A stretch of DNA of 64,000 nucleotides from Candidatus Hermodarchaeota archaeon. Its GTDB lineage: Archaea > Asgardarchaeota > Lokiarchaeia > Sigyniarchaeales > SOKP01. Location: the NCBI GenBank assembly GCA_048885535.1, contig JBHLLO010000002.1, forward strand, positions 1-64,000. Direction: 5' to 3'. The notes beneath the pieces were generated by a model. It saw only the letters and a list, made by a program, of their open reading frames with translations, was not told where the DNA came from and did no database searches. Positions 28,993 through 38,174 of the stretch are shown here, in pieces. Each line of letters starts with the position of its first letter. The stretch's first letter is position 1. Both the position numbers and the translations under genes were made by a program.

Positions 28993-30621
28993 TCAACTTT
29001 CTTTAATTTCGAATGTCTTTATGTTTTTAATTTCTTTTTTAATTTCGATATTTGAAATTATTAAAACCAAATTATATTTTTTTAGATTATCATTATTTTT
29101 GAATACTGGTAAAATTTTCCTGATTGCTCTTAAGATAGAGCCACCTTTATTATAGTCATTTGGAATAAATAAATTTGAAAAGATAATATAATCCTTTTCT
29201 AAAATAAGACAGAAAGATAAGTATAAACTTACAATAAAAAATACCTTTTCTGGAGTTGTAAGCTCGCTAAAAGTAATTTTATCCTTATCCTTTCTTTTAA
29301 AGAAAGTACTTACAAATAAATTACTGTTCTTATTATTAATCAAAATTTGAAATTGAATAAATAAATTAATTTTTAATAAGAAAAAATTTAATAACCTCTG
29401 AAGTTCGTCTAGGTTCACCTCAAATTTTCTGTAATTCTTTAAGCTTTCTATGAAAATTTCCATCTTTTCATCAATTCTTAAATTTTTTATTTTTTTAGAG
29501 ACTTCACTTGAGAAAAGCTCCAATTTTTTCTTTATGATTGATAAATCTTGTTCTTTCTTAATATCAATTAATTCTTCTGATTGAATCATTTCGTTTAATT
29601 CTTTATCAACTTTTTTAATGTCTTCATCGATTTGATTTAATGTCCTCAATAAGTTCACATTTGGTATTTCAGCTTCAATTAAATTCCCTTCTTCTGATTT
29701 TATTTTTTGTTTCAATTCAGATTGGATTTCATTAGCTTTTTTCTCATCCCTCTTTATAATACTTAAGAGTTTTTCATAATCATCTTTATAAATTTCGTAC
29801 TTTGGAAATAGCTCATTTAGTTTTTCAATTAGTTCTCCTTTTTTAGATTTTGCTTGTTTAATATTGTATGAGATTTCTTTTGCTTTTAATTGTAACATAC
29901 GAATTTTTTCCGAATTTCGAATAGACGTATTAATTCCTAAACTTTTCAAAACTTCATCTTTACCACTCTCAGAACCATTTTGAGTATGACGTGTAATTTG
30001 ATTAATTTGGGCGAAACACATCTTCAATTGAGAATTCAAATTTTCAATTTCTAATTCATAATTATTAATATCTTTCTTAATTAGGTTAATTTGATTTTTC
30101 TGTTGGAAATAGTCTTCCTCTAAGTACGCAGCTTTTTTCTTATTTTGTTCTAAGGAGTTATTAACTTTCTCTAATAAATCTGATATAGCTAAAAAATCAC
30201 TTGAATCTTTATATTTTTTGGCTATGTCGAATTCAGTTTTTAATGCTTCCTTCCTCACTTTTAATTCTTTTAATTCTACTATAAAAAGTAATGATTCCAA
30301 AATATCAATAAATTCGGATAGAAGTTTCAGATTCATTTTTAAAGTTTTACTTTGGTCATTTAAAATATTTATAAGCCTTGGAACTTTGTCTAAATCTTTA
30401 AATTTTTTGCTTTCTTGATAGAAAATTTTAAAAAATTTATTAAATGGAATAGAATCTAAATTCTTGCATAAATTTTCGAAGTTTTTAATTCGATATTGCT
30501 CTATTGAATCTATTCTTAATCTACCTTTAATTAAACTAAATTTGTCTCTTATATTTATTTGTTCAGAACCTATAGTAATAATAAAATTATCTCTCTGAAT
30601 TTTGAAATCACTTTTAATAAT
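28993..30621 (-). CDS. Long coiled-coil protein with degenerate SMC/Rad50-like C-terminal head (frame extends about 95 codons upstream of ATG 30336)
   Basis: Stop-free frame from 30627; about 300 aa of heptad-rich sequence; C-terminal FSELTTPEK, YIIFSN and LVLIISN lie where the ABC signature, Walker B and H-loop strands would be. Confidence 0.55.
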   Translation of the reverse strand: MIKSDFKIQRDNFIITIGSEQINIRDKFSLIKGRLRIDSIEQYRIKNFENLCKNLDSIPFNKFFKIFYQESKKFKDLDKVPRLINILNDQSKTLKMNLKLLSEFIDILESLLFIVELKELKVRKEALKTEFDIAKKYKDSSDFLAISDLLEKVNNSLEQNKKKAAYLEEDYFQQKNQINLIKKDINNYELEIENLNSQLKMCFAQINQITRHTQNGSESGKDEVLKSLGINTSIRNSEKIRMLQLKAKEISYNIKQAKSKKGELIEKLNELFPKYEIYKDDYEKLLSIIKRDEKKANEIQSELKQKIKSEEGNLIEAEIPNVNLLRTLNQIDEDIKKVDKELNEMIQSEELIDIKKEQDLSIIKKKLELFSSEVSKKIKNLRIDEKMEIFIESLKNYRKFEVNLDELQRLLNFFLLKINLFIQFQILINNKNSNLFVSTFFKRKDKDKITFSELTTPEKVFFIVSLYLSFCLILEKDYIIFSNLFIPNDYNKGGSILRAIRKILPVFKNNDNLKKYNLVLIISNIEIKKEIKNIKTFEIKES

Positions 30622-30623
30622 TT

Positions 30624-31661
30624 CTAACTATTTTCAAAATGCTTTTTATACTTTTTATATTCTTTCTCTTTTTTGCTTTTTCTTTCACGAATTAAATCTA
30701 AAGGATCTTTATTTTCATCCTCTTCTTTATATTTCTTATCATTGAAAGAATTTTCAAATTGAGATTTAAATTTCTCAATTTTTTTCGAAATATCTTCGGG
30801 TATTTCAATTTTTTTTTTGCTCTTTTGCTTAATGGAAACTTCATCTAACTTTTCTCTTTTTTTTCTACGTCTTAATCTTTCGAATTCCCCATTAGATAAA
30901 ACAAGGTAATTTTCATAAGCCTCTTGCTGTTCTTGTTGCTTTTTCTTTAATTTATCAATCTCTTCTTTTTCTATGCTTTTCTGGATTAGATCACTTTTCA
31001 TTCTTAAATCTTCAGCGGAAAGACTATTTTCCATTTCATGAATAAATTGAAAGAATGTTAAGTTTGGATCTTCCAAAAACTTTTGTTTATATTGTTCTAT
31101 TAACTGTTTGTCAGTATTTGGGGGAATTTGGTTTAAATTTTTATTAAGTTTTTTATTAATTAAGATTTTGTAAAATTTCGAGGCTTTTTTTATAGTTCTC
31201 AAAAAGATTGAATACTGATTTAATGATTCGGTTATATCTATCCATTCATTTAGCCCTACAGAAGGAATAAATGATATTTTCCCAATAATTTTGGATACGC
31301 TTTTAGTTTCTATTAGATTTACTCCGATTTTTTTTGTAATATTTTCATCGAGTTTTACGACCATTAGTTTTTGTTTAACACTTTCTTTATATTTCTTTAT
31401 TAAACTATCCTTGTAAAATTGGTGTAGATTTAAGTTTTCTTTTAAAGCCTTATTTAACTGTTCGTTTATGTTTTTTATGATTTCTAGTAATTCTTCATAC
31501 TGATTAATAATGTTATCTTTAATAAACACTTCTGTGAGAGTGGTTTTTTTTTCCATCACTTTTCTTTTAATTTCATTTAATCTATTAAGATTAATTTGAA
31601 GATCTTCAATGGGAGAGCTAAATTCCTTAATTTTTTCAAGATTAAATAATGATGGTTTCAT
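30624..31661 (-). CDS. Hypothetical coiled-coil, highly charged protein
   Basis: Long ORF inside the operon; K/E-rich C-terminal half. Confidence 0.7.
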   Translation of the reverse strand: MKPSLFNLEKIKEFSSPIEDLQINLNRLNEIKRKVMEKKTTLTEVFIKDNIINQYEELLEIIKNINEQLNKALKENLNLHQFYKDSLIKKYKESVKQKLMVVKLDENITKKIGVNLIETKSVSKIIGKISFIPSVGLNEWIDITESLNQYSIFLRTIKKASKFYKILINKKLNKNLNQIPPNTDKQLIEQYKQKFLEDPNLTFFQFIHEMENSLSAEDLRMKSDLIQKSIEKEEIDKLKKKQQEQQEAYENYLVLSNGEFERLRRRKKREKLDEVSIKQKSKKKIEIPEDISKKIEKFKSQFENSFNDKKYKEEDENKDPLDLIRERKSKKEKEYKKYKKHFENS

Positions 31662-31707
31662 GTTTTTTAGGAAATAAGATTCATTAATTACCTTTCTCTA
31701 TAGAAGA

Positions 31708-32817
31708 TTAGATTTCCGGAGGACCTTCAATTTTCATTGATTTATTTCCAGATCTATTTGTTTTTTCAGAAATTTGTTTAATATTACTTAAAATATCTTG
31801 ACGTTCAACATGAATTGCCGTACCTCCAACCAATTTTAAAGCTTGATAAAACATATCATAAGTTAGAATCTCTTTATTTATAGCCTTTAACAGGGCAACT
31901 TTAGTACCTCGTTCAATATCAGAACCTGAATATCCATGAGTTAATTTCAAGATACCATTTATTTTACTCTTTTTTTTTATTTCATCCCAGAGGGTATTAC
32001 TTTCAAATTCAGAGATTTTTTCTCCAATTTTACGCTTTAAATCTTTTTCTATGTTCTGTAATTCATCATATTCTTTATCTAAGTTCACATATATGGATTC
32101 ATCAACTCCTATTTTGGCATTTTTTATCTTTTGTAAAAATGAATCAATTATTTGCTTTCGCAAATGAAAGTCAGGAAAATCAAATTTGAGATGAAATGTG
32201 AATCTCCTCCAAATAGCGGAATCTAATTGATTTTGATGATTAGTTGCTCCAAATATAGCAAGTGGAACACCTTCGTAGTTAATTCTATCAATGACCTGTA
32301 AAAATGATATTACAGCTCTTTTTATTTCTCCTACTTCATGGATATTTGATCTTTCAGATCCAATGGCATCAATTTCGTCGAAAAATAAAATAAAAGCAGA
32401 CCTTTCTCGAGCAATTTCAGCAGCTAAATCTACAACGCGTCTTATTTGTTTAATTGTGTCTCCTAAGAGAGGAGAGACTAACCTGTCAGTTTCTACTACA
32501 CATATTGGTATGTCGAATTTTTTTGCAAATCCTCTTGTTAATGATGTTTTACCAGTACCTGGAGGTCCGTATAAAAGGACGGTTAAACTTGGATTTAATT
32601 TAGTTGCTTTTAGTTGTTCAGTAAATTCATCGTATTTTTTTAAAGCGTTGAAAAAGTCATTTAATATTTCTTTTTTTAGTTCATTACCTAAAATATCTTC
32701 AACATTTTCTTTGATATCATAAGGAAAATATACTGCACCATATTTACCTATTCTATCTTTAATAACATCATCTGTGTATGTAATCTTTTTCTCGGCTTCA
32801 TTTTTTTTATTACTAAT
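31708..32817 (-). CDS. AAA+ ATPase (about 369 aa; probable ATT start; ORF track shows only the last 151 aa)
   Basis: Uninterrupted frame containing LLYGPPGTGKT (Walker A), LFFDEIDAIG (Walker B), GATNH, LDSAIWRRF (second region of homology, Arg finger) and lid GYSGSDIE. Confidence 0.9.
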   Translation of the reverse strand: MSNKKNEAEKKITYTDDVIKDRIGKYGAVYFPYDIKENVEDILGNELKKEILNDFFNALKKYDEFTEQLKATKLNPSLTVLLYGPPGTGKTSLTRGFAKKFDIPICVVETDRLVSPLLGDTIKQIRRVVDLAAEIARERSAFILFFDEIDAIGSERSNIHEVGEIKRAVISFLQVIDRINYEGVPLAIFGATNHQNQLDSAIWRRFTFHLKFDFPDFHLRKQIIDSFLQKIKNAKIGVDESIYVNLDKEYDELQNIEKDLKRKIGEKISEFESNTLWDEIKKKSKINGILKLTHGYSGSDIERGTKVALLKAINKEILTYDMFYQALKLVGGTAIHVERQDILSNIKQISEKTNRSGNKSMKIEGPPEI

Positions 32818-32843
32818 AAAATCTCATCTCTTTTTTTTGTAAT

Positions 32844-34160
32844 TTAATTATTTTTTCTTTCTTTTTCAAATTTTTCACAATATTCTGCAATCTCAGATAT
32901 AAGGTTTTTCAGATTATCTATTTCAGCGCCCATAAAATTAAAAATTTCCTTTCTATATTGGGGTGAATCTCTGATTTTCATTTTATCTAATCCTAGATAA
33001 TTTGGAAAACAAATTAATTTCATTAAATAAGGAAGGACCTTCTCATTTGTTTGTAAATCTTTAAATATAGGATAAAAAATATTTTCATCAGACAGTTTCC
33101 ATTTTAAAATCCCCATATAAATTAGGAAAGCAAAATTCATTGAGATCCAATTAATTAATTCTTTTGATAAAAAACCACGCCTTTGGGAAGCAAAAGCCAA
33201 GTAATAGAGAAATAATGTCTCATTACTAAACTGTGGATATAATCGTAAAATTCCATCTGATTGTTTATTTTCACGTAAAAAATTATTATCAATTAATATA
33301 TTTACAAGATCTTCATTAGGGGCCAAAAAAAGATTATCTATTAAACGCAAGCCTATTCGTTCAACGATACTTTGTATTGCTTCTTCTTCAGCACTTGCAA
33401 TCGAATCAATATAAGGTAGAAAAACGTCAACTTTTAATATCATTGGAAGCTCATAATTATCTTTTTCTGGATATGCCCCAAAATTCGGATCGAGATTAAA
33501 AAGTGAAGTTATATTATTTAAAATTTGAGATACCTTAGGTGATAAGGAGGGGATTTCAAAAACATCTGTATTTTCTAATTTCTCTCTATAATAGGTGTGT
33601 GATTGTATAATATGGCGTTGACAATCAAAAAAATTTTGAGAAAATCTTAATAACTTTTCATAAATGAATTTTAAATTTGCTCCTCTTGGAAATAATCTTT
33701 CTTCGATAAATTTTACTAAATTGAATAAATATGTAATTTCTAGATTTCTTTCATCTGGATTTGTGATGTGCCTTAAAATATTTAAAGCATCTATGGATTC
33801 ATAAAGAAAATCTACAATGTAATCTTTAATATCAATTATAGGTATTTCATTTCTATATTTCATAATAAAATCCTTAATAATTTCATAAACATTTGTTCTA
33901 TACATTGCTGAGAATTCTGATAATGCTCTTACCTTCCGAATATTTCTTTTTTCTTCCTCTTGGCGAATTTTATCTAAAATTTCAGTATCTAGTAAAAGGT
34001 CTGCATCTAAATCGATAATAATTCTCCGAGTCTCTCTAAGGATTGGTCTCATATGACTAATAAAAGTCAAATACCTTGGAAGTAAATCTGTCCATTTTTC
34101 TCTTTTTCTTCCTGGTTTTACTGTTCTCGTTGATTTCTTTTTATAACTTATTCCAATCAC
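32844..34160 (-). CDS. Hypothetical protein (438 aa, mostly helical)
   Basis: Long ORF with GTG start in a tightly spaced operon; basic N-terminus. Confidence 0.75.
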   Translation of the reverse strand: MIGISYKKKSTRTVKPGRKREKWTDLLPRYLTFISHMRPILRETRRIIIDLDADLLLDTEILDKIRQEEEKRNIRKVRALSEFSAMYRTNVYEIIKDFIMKYRNEIPIIDIKDYIVDFLYESIDALNILRHITNPDERNLEITYLFNLVKFIEERLFPRGANLKFIYEKLLRFSQNFFDCQRHIIQSHTYYREKLENTDVFEIPSLSPKVSQILNNITSLFNLDPNFGAYPEKDNYELPMILKVDVFLPYIDSIASAEEEAIQSIVERIGLRLIDNLFLAPNEDLVNILIDNNFLRENKQSDGILRLYPQFSNETLFLYYLAFASQRRGFLSKELINWISMNFAFLIYMGILKWKLSDENIFYPIFKDLQTNEKVLPYLMKLICFPNYLGLDKMKIRDSPQYRKEIFNFMGAEIDNLKNLISEIAEYCEKFEKERKNN

Positions 34161-34168
34161 CTAGATTA

Positions 34169-35308
34169 TCATTCTTCTTTATATCCTACTAATATTTCAG
34201 TTAAAATATTTCCTATACTAATGAATATAGGTATTTCTACTCTAACTAATTGTCCAAGGATCCATTTATTAACATCTTTGATTAAAAATCGTATTTGATT
34301 TATTATTTTTTTATTCACTTCAGAATCTATTATTTTCGACATCCATAAGCCACCCCCTAACCTATATGCAACTATTTTAATAAGAGGAGCGAATAAGAAT
34401 TCCAATACCTGCTTCATCATCCATGACTTTGGAATTATACTCATATTCGACTCATCAAAATTTGGATCATTTAAGATAGGGCTTGTTTCATCAACTGTAA
34501 TCTTTGGTAAAAAACTTAATAGCAATATTAAAGCAAATATCGCAGAGATCCCATTAATAGTATAAGTTCCTCCAATCTTTTCTATATCATCCCGATTAAT
34601 TGCTATATTAGCTAAGAACATACAAATAAACACGTTTCTATCGAATTCTTCAGAAACATAAGCATAACCTAATTCTTCATCGATTGATAAATATTTCTCC
34701 TCTAGAATTTTAATTATATCATCAGGAAAAGTGTAAAAAGTATATATTCTTTTTTGACTAGATCTGATATCTTTTTCTACAATAAGTTCTTTTGATATTA
34801 AACCAAACATATCTATAAGTTCTTCAAGTTGCTTTTTCACATAATGTTTAGGTTTATTAGGATTTCCAAACATAGCATAGAATTGATGATCTACAATATG
34901 AAAGTCATTTCTCTTACTAAATGCTTCAACCATTCTATCTATTATTGGTCCTTGAGTTCCAGTTGCTATTGCCTTTGCTTTAGAAGTTACAAATCCATTT
35001 AACAATTCGTTAATAATGAAGTCTTGTTCATGAGTTCTTGACTTTAAAATTTTTTTAAAAGCTTCTGAAAAATTCTTTGTATTTGGAAAAAAAGTATTTT
35101 GAATCTTATCATTAATAGATTTTATAAATATCTCTCCATTATTTTTAGGAAAAATAAGTTTCATATCATTCAATCGTTGTATTAAAGCTACTTTAGCACC
35201 TGGAATGTTCTCAATATCTCTATTTTCAAGGCGCTCTATTGCATTTTCTAAACTCTTCTCAAAATCTAAAAGCAATTCTTTCCAATTTGGGTCTTGAACT
35301 TCAGACAT
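34169..35308 (-). CDS. Hypothetical protein, possible central winged helix
   Basis: HYVKKQLEELIDMFGLISKE...KRIYTFYTF resembles a wHTH recognition helix and wing. Confidence 0.65.
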   Translation of the reverse strand: MSEVQDPNWKELLLDFEKSLENAIERLENRDIENIPGAKVALIQRLNDMKLIFPKNNGEIFIKSINDKIQNTFFPNTKNFSEAFKKILKSRTHEQDFIINELLNGFVTSKAKAIATGTQGPIIDRMVEAFSKRNDFHIVDHQFYAMFGNPNKPKHYVKKQLEELIDMFGLISKELIVEKDIRSSQKRIYTFYTFPDDIIKILEEKYLSIDEELGYAYVSEEFDRNVFICMFLANIAINRDDIEKIGGTYTINGISAIFALILLLSFLPKITVDETSPILNDPNFDESNMSIIPKSWMMKQVLEFLFAPLIKIVAYRLGGGLWMSKIIDSEVNKKIINQIRFLIKDVNKWILGQLVRVEIPIFISIGNILTEILVGYKEE

Positions 35309-35329
35309 TTTTTAAATTATTTTTTAAAT

Positions 35330-36289
35330 TTAATCAATATTCCAATTCATTTCTATAGATACTTTATTTAGAGCATTTATTAGAGGTTTTATTAACTTTT
35401 TATCAAAAATGTTAGGGGAAGCCATACCTTTCTGAGTTTTCCAACCCATTTGAACACCCTCACCCATTTCTCTTTTACCAAATTTAATGAAATTAGTTAG
35501 ATCTCGAACCCACCAATAAAATCTTAACCACTTTTTGTTTGGATTATCTTTGGAATAGATAATTGCGAGAGCTTTCCATTCTCCAACTAGCCACTTTACT
35601 GTAATACCACTTATAGGCATGTAATAATTAATTGGAAAGTTACTATGAAAACTTAGGTTTAGATCTGACGGTGGTATACTAAAAATCGGTTGATTATATC
35701 CCTCTAATATCACAATTTCAGAGCAATTTTGACAAATATAATGTGATTTATTTTTCTCCATCTTATTCTGGCAATTCGGACATGTTCGATTCTCAATAAT
35801 TCGGGCTTTAATTATATCTAAATTTCTTTCTTTTTCTAATTCCTCCTTAGTTTTTTGTTTAGATTTACCATATTTTCCCCTCCAGTTCCAATTTTCATCG
35901 AAAGCATCATCGATCTTTTTTAAAGCAATGATAATATTTCTAAGGACTTCTCTATTATAAATTTTAATTAATCCAGCATGTTGATAATTTTTCCACCATG
36001 ACAATCTTATATATCTTTCTTTATATGAACTTTCACAAATTAAAACCGCCATAACGTAATTAGAAGTTTTGGAAACAACTATTCCCTTTTCACAAACTTC
36101 GAAATCTTTATTCAAACTAAGATTTTTATGAAAATATTCACCATCTTGAAACTCACCCTCCGCAATCACTTTTTTTTGTTCTTCTTCAACTTTTTCATCG
36201 GAATGCTTTAATATTTTTCTGCATTGAGGACATTGAAATATTCCAGCAACTAAAGGTTCCATATTAATATTACATGAAGGGCATTTCAA
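35330..36289 (-). CDS. Protein with two (zinc ribbon + PC4/YdbC-like) repeats
   Basis: CPSC..CPQC and CPNC..CQNC ribbons, each followed by GI..MAVL..YIRLSWW or GI..LAII..WLRFYWW and a closing helix (IIIALKKI / LINALNKV). Confidence 0.6.
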   Translation of the reverse strand: MKCPSCNINMEPLVAGIFQCPQCRKILKHSDEKVEEEQKKVIAEGEFQDGEYFHKNLSLNKDFEVCEKGIVVSKTSNYVMAVLICESSYKERYIRLSWWKNYQHAGLIKIYNREVLRNIIIALKKIDDAFDENWNWRGKYGKSKQKTKEELEKERNLDIIKARIIENRTCPNCQNKMEKNKSHYICQNCSEIVILEGYNQPIFSIPPSDLNLSFHSNFPINYYMPISGITVKWLVGEWKALAIIYSKDNPNKKWLRFYWWVRDLTNFIKFGKREMGEGVQMGWKTQKGMASPNIFDKKLIKPLINALNKVSIEMNWNID

Positions 36290-36291
36290 AA

Positions 36292-37392
36292 TTAATCATC
36301 ACTCCCTATAATGATAGCTCTCTCATAATCTAGATTTAAAAGTTTAATATCTTTTTGGGATAGTTTAGAAATTTCATTATTAATTTCAACCAATTTTTCT
36401 CGAAGAGATAATAAAGATTCTTGAATTTCGTCAACAATATTTTCCTCATTATATGAGACTTTTTCAATGAAGTTTAGATAACTATGTTTCCTACCCTTAC
36501 CAGTGTAAATTCTTTTGATATCTACTAGATTTTTCTCAATATCATTTAATTTAAAACTAAAATTTAGCAACTCAAGTAAAGTCGATTTCCATTGTAAAAA
36601 TAATTCGTTTTCTGAATCTATTTTTTCAAAATTAAATTTTTCTGGGAGTGTAATTTTATGATCTTTGAGATAGTTAAAGATTTCCATGCTTTCTTCTATT
36701 GCTTTATATATTTTAGTCAAAACGGTTTTACTATTTAATATGGGTTCGAAAATGCTTATAAGTTTAGTGGTTTTATCTTGAATTTCTTTAAATCTTTTGA
36801 AAAACCCCTCTATTGTCATTTCTATTTTTACAGCGTGATACACATTACCAAATTGATCTAAAATATAATATAAATCATCAGATAAAGCATAATCATGATC
36901 TCCGATTTCATATATTAAAGAATGGATAACATTGGTAGATTCGCATCTTACACTCTTTAATTTAGTAAGAGCTAAATTGAAATTTCTTCTTAATATCGAT
37001 TTGAATTTTTTATTTAACATTAGAAAGAGAGTATCATCTGGCACAGATATTGCATTTTTTTCAACTGTAATTGTTTCTTCCCCTAATTTTATAATGAAAT
37101 CATCTTCCTTTCTATCAAATTCTCTTAAGGTTCGAATATTTTTGAATAATCCTAAGTCAATTGCAATCTCAATAAATTCGTTTGACCAAAATTTTGTAAT
37201 ATTACTTTTATAAATGTCATCTAATATTAGTACCCTCTCATACGATTCTATACGACTTTTTTCTTTCAAATCTTTAAATAAATCATTCCTGATAACATAA
37301 AGAAACAATATGATATATCTCGTATCCAGATCGTCAAGGATTTTTTCAATTAAATTCCTATCGTGCTCTAATGATAAATCTCTATGTTCCAT
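36292..37392 (-). CDS. Hypothetical protein, wHTH-like N-half plus helical/coiled-coil C-half
   Basis: First gene of the minus-strand operon; NFNLALTKL...LIYEIGDHDYALS, then heptad-rich helices. Confidence 0.65.
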   Translation of the reverse strand: MEHRDLSLEHDRNLIEKILDDLDTRYIILFLYVIRNDLFKDLKEKSRIESYERVLILDDIYKSNITKFWSNEFIEIAIDLGLFKNIRTLREFDRKEDDFIIKLGEETITVEKNAISVPDDTLFLMLNKKFKSILRRNFNLALTKLKSVRCESTNVIHSLIYEIGDHDYALSDDLYYILDQFGNVYHAVKIEMTIEGFFKRFKEIQDKTTKLISIFEPILNSKTVLTKIYKAIEESMEIFNYLKDHKITLPEKFNFEKIDSENELFLQWKSTLLELLNFSFKLNDIEKNLVDIKRIYTGKGRKHSYLNFIEKVSYNEENIVDEIQESLLSLREKLVEINNEISKLSQKDIKLLNLDYERAIIIGSDD

Positions 37393-37584
37393 GCCTAAAA
37401 TCCACTAATTATGTTAAAATTATTATAATTCTTTCAGTTAAAAAGAGTAATTAACAGAATTAAACATTCCTAAAAAATCTTACGATTTCCTCTAAATTTA
37501 AATCAAAAAGAAAAAATTTTTTAGATTTGATTCCTAATTTCATAATAAAGTAGATTAAGAAAAATTCAATCATAATGATTTCAT

Positions 37585-38166
37585 ATGGGAAGAAGAAAAA
37601 GAAAACAACAGACATATAAAAGAGTTAAGAAAGTACCAAAAATATTTACTTGTCCTTCATGTGGAGAGAAGTCTGTAAAAGTTGAGGGGCTTAGAAAAGG
37701 CATAATTGCAACAGTTAAGTGTGGCTATTGTGGTTTAACAAAAGACGTATTAGTTAATTCAATATCAGAACCTGTTGACGCTTTTGGTGATTTTATTGAT
37801 GTTTATTACGCTGATCAAGAAATGCAACGACTAGAGAGACGAGTTGAAAAGTTAAAAGAAGAAAATGCATGGGGTGAATTAGCTCTATGCTATTCAATTT
37901 TATCTGATCTTTGTAAAGTAAAGGCTGCGGAATTATTAGAAGATGAGGAGAACACGGATTTAGATGAAGTTAATAATTGGAAGCTAAGATCAGAAGAGTA
38001 TAAGAAAAAAGAAAAAGATGCTCTTCATCAACTAGATCTCCTTGAAATGGAAAAAGGTATAAAAACTGATGAAGAATCGCTATTTTCTGAACATGATGAG
38101 AGTAGTATAAAAAAGGAGAAAAAAATTGATGATATCTTTGATGATCCTGGGTTTTTAGAGTTCTAA
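37585..38166 (+). CDS. elf1: Transcription elongation factor Elf1 with C-terminal extension
   Basis: MGRRKRK, PKIFTCPSC, CGYCG, EPVDAFGDFID. Confidence 0.85.
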   Translation: MGRRKRKQQTYKRVKKVPKIFTCPSCGEKSVKVEGLRKGIIATVKCGYCGLTKDVLVNSISEPVDAFGDFIDVYYADQEMQRLERRVEKLKEENAWGELALCYSILSDLCKVKAAELLEDEENTDLDEVNNWKLRSEEYKKKEKDALHQLDLLEMEKGIKTDEESLFSEHDESSIKKEKKIDDIFDDPGFLEF

Positions 38167-38174
38167 AATATAGA

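Noticed and set aside
32291-32722. 143-aa plus-strand ORF
   Set aside because: Antisense shadow of the AAA+ ATPase whose motifs are on the minus strand.
28504-37392. Integrated mobile element or provirus explanation for the hypothetical-gene operon
   Set aside because: No integrase, att repeats, tRNA target or viral hallmark genes; composition looks like flanking housekeeping genes.
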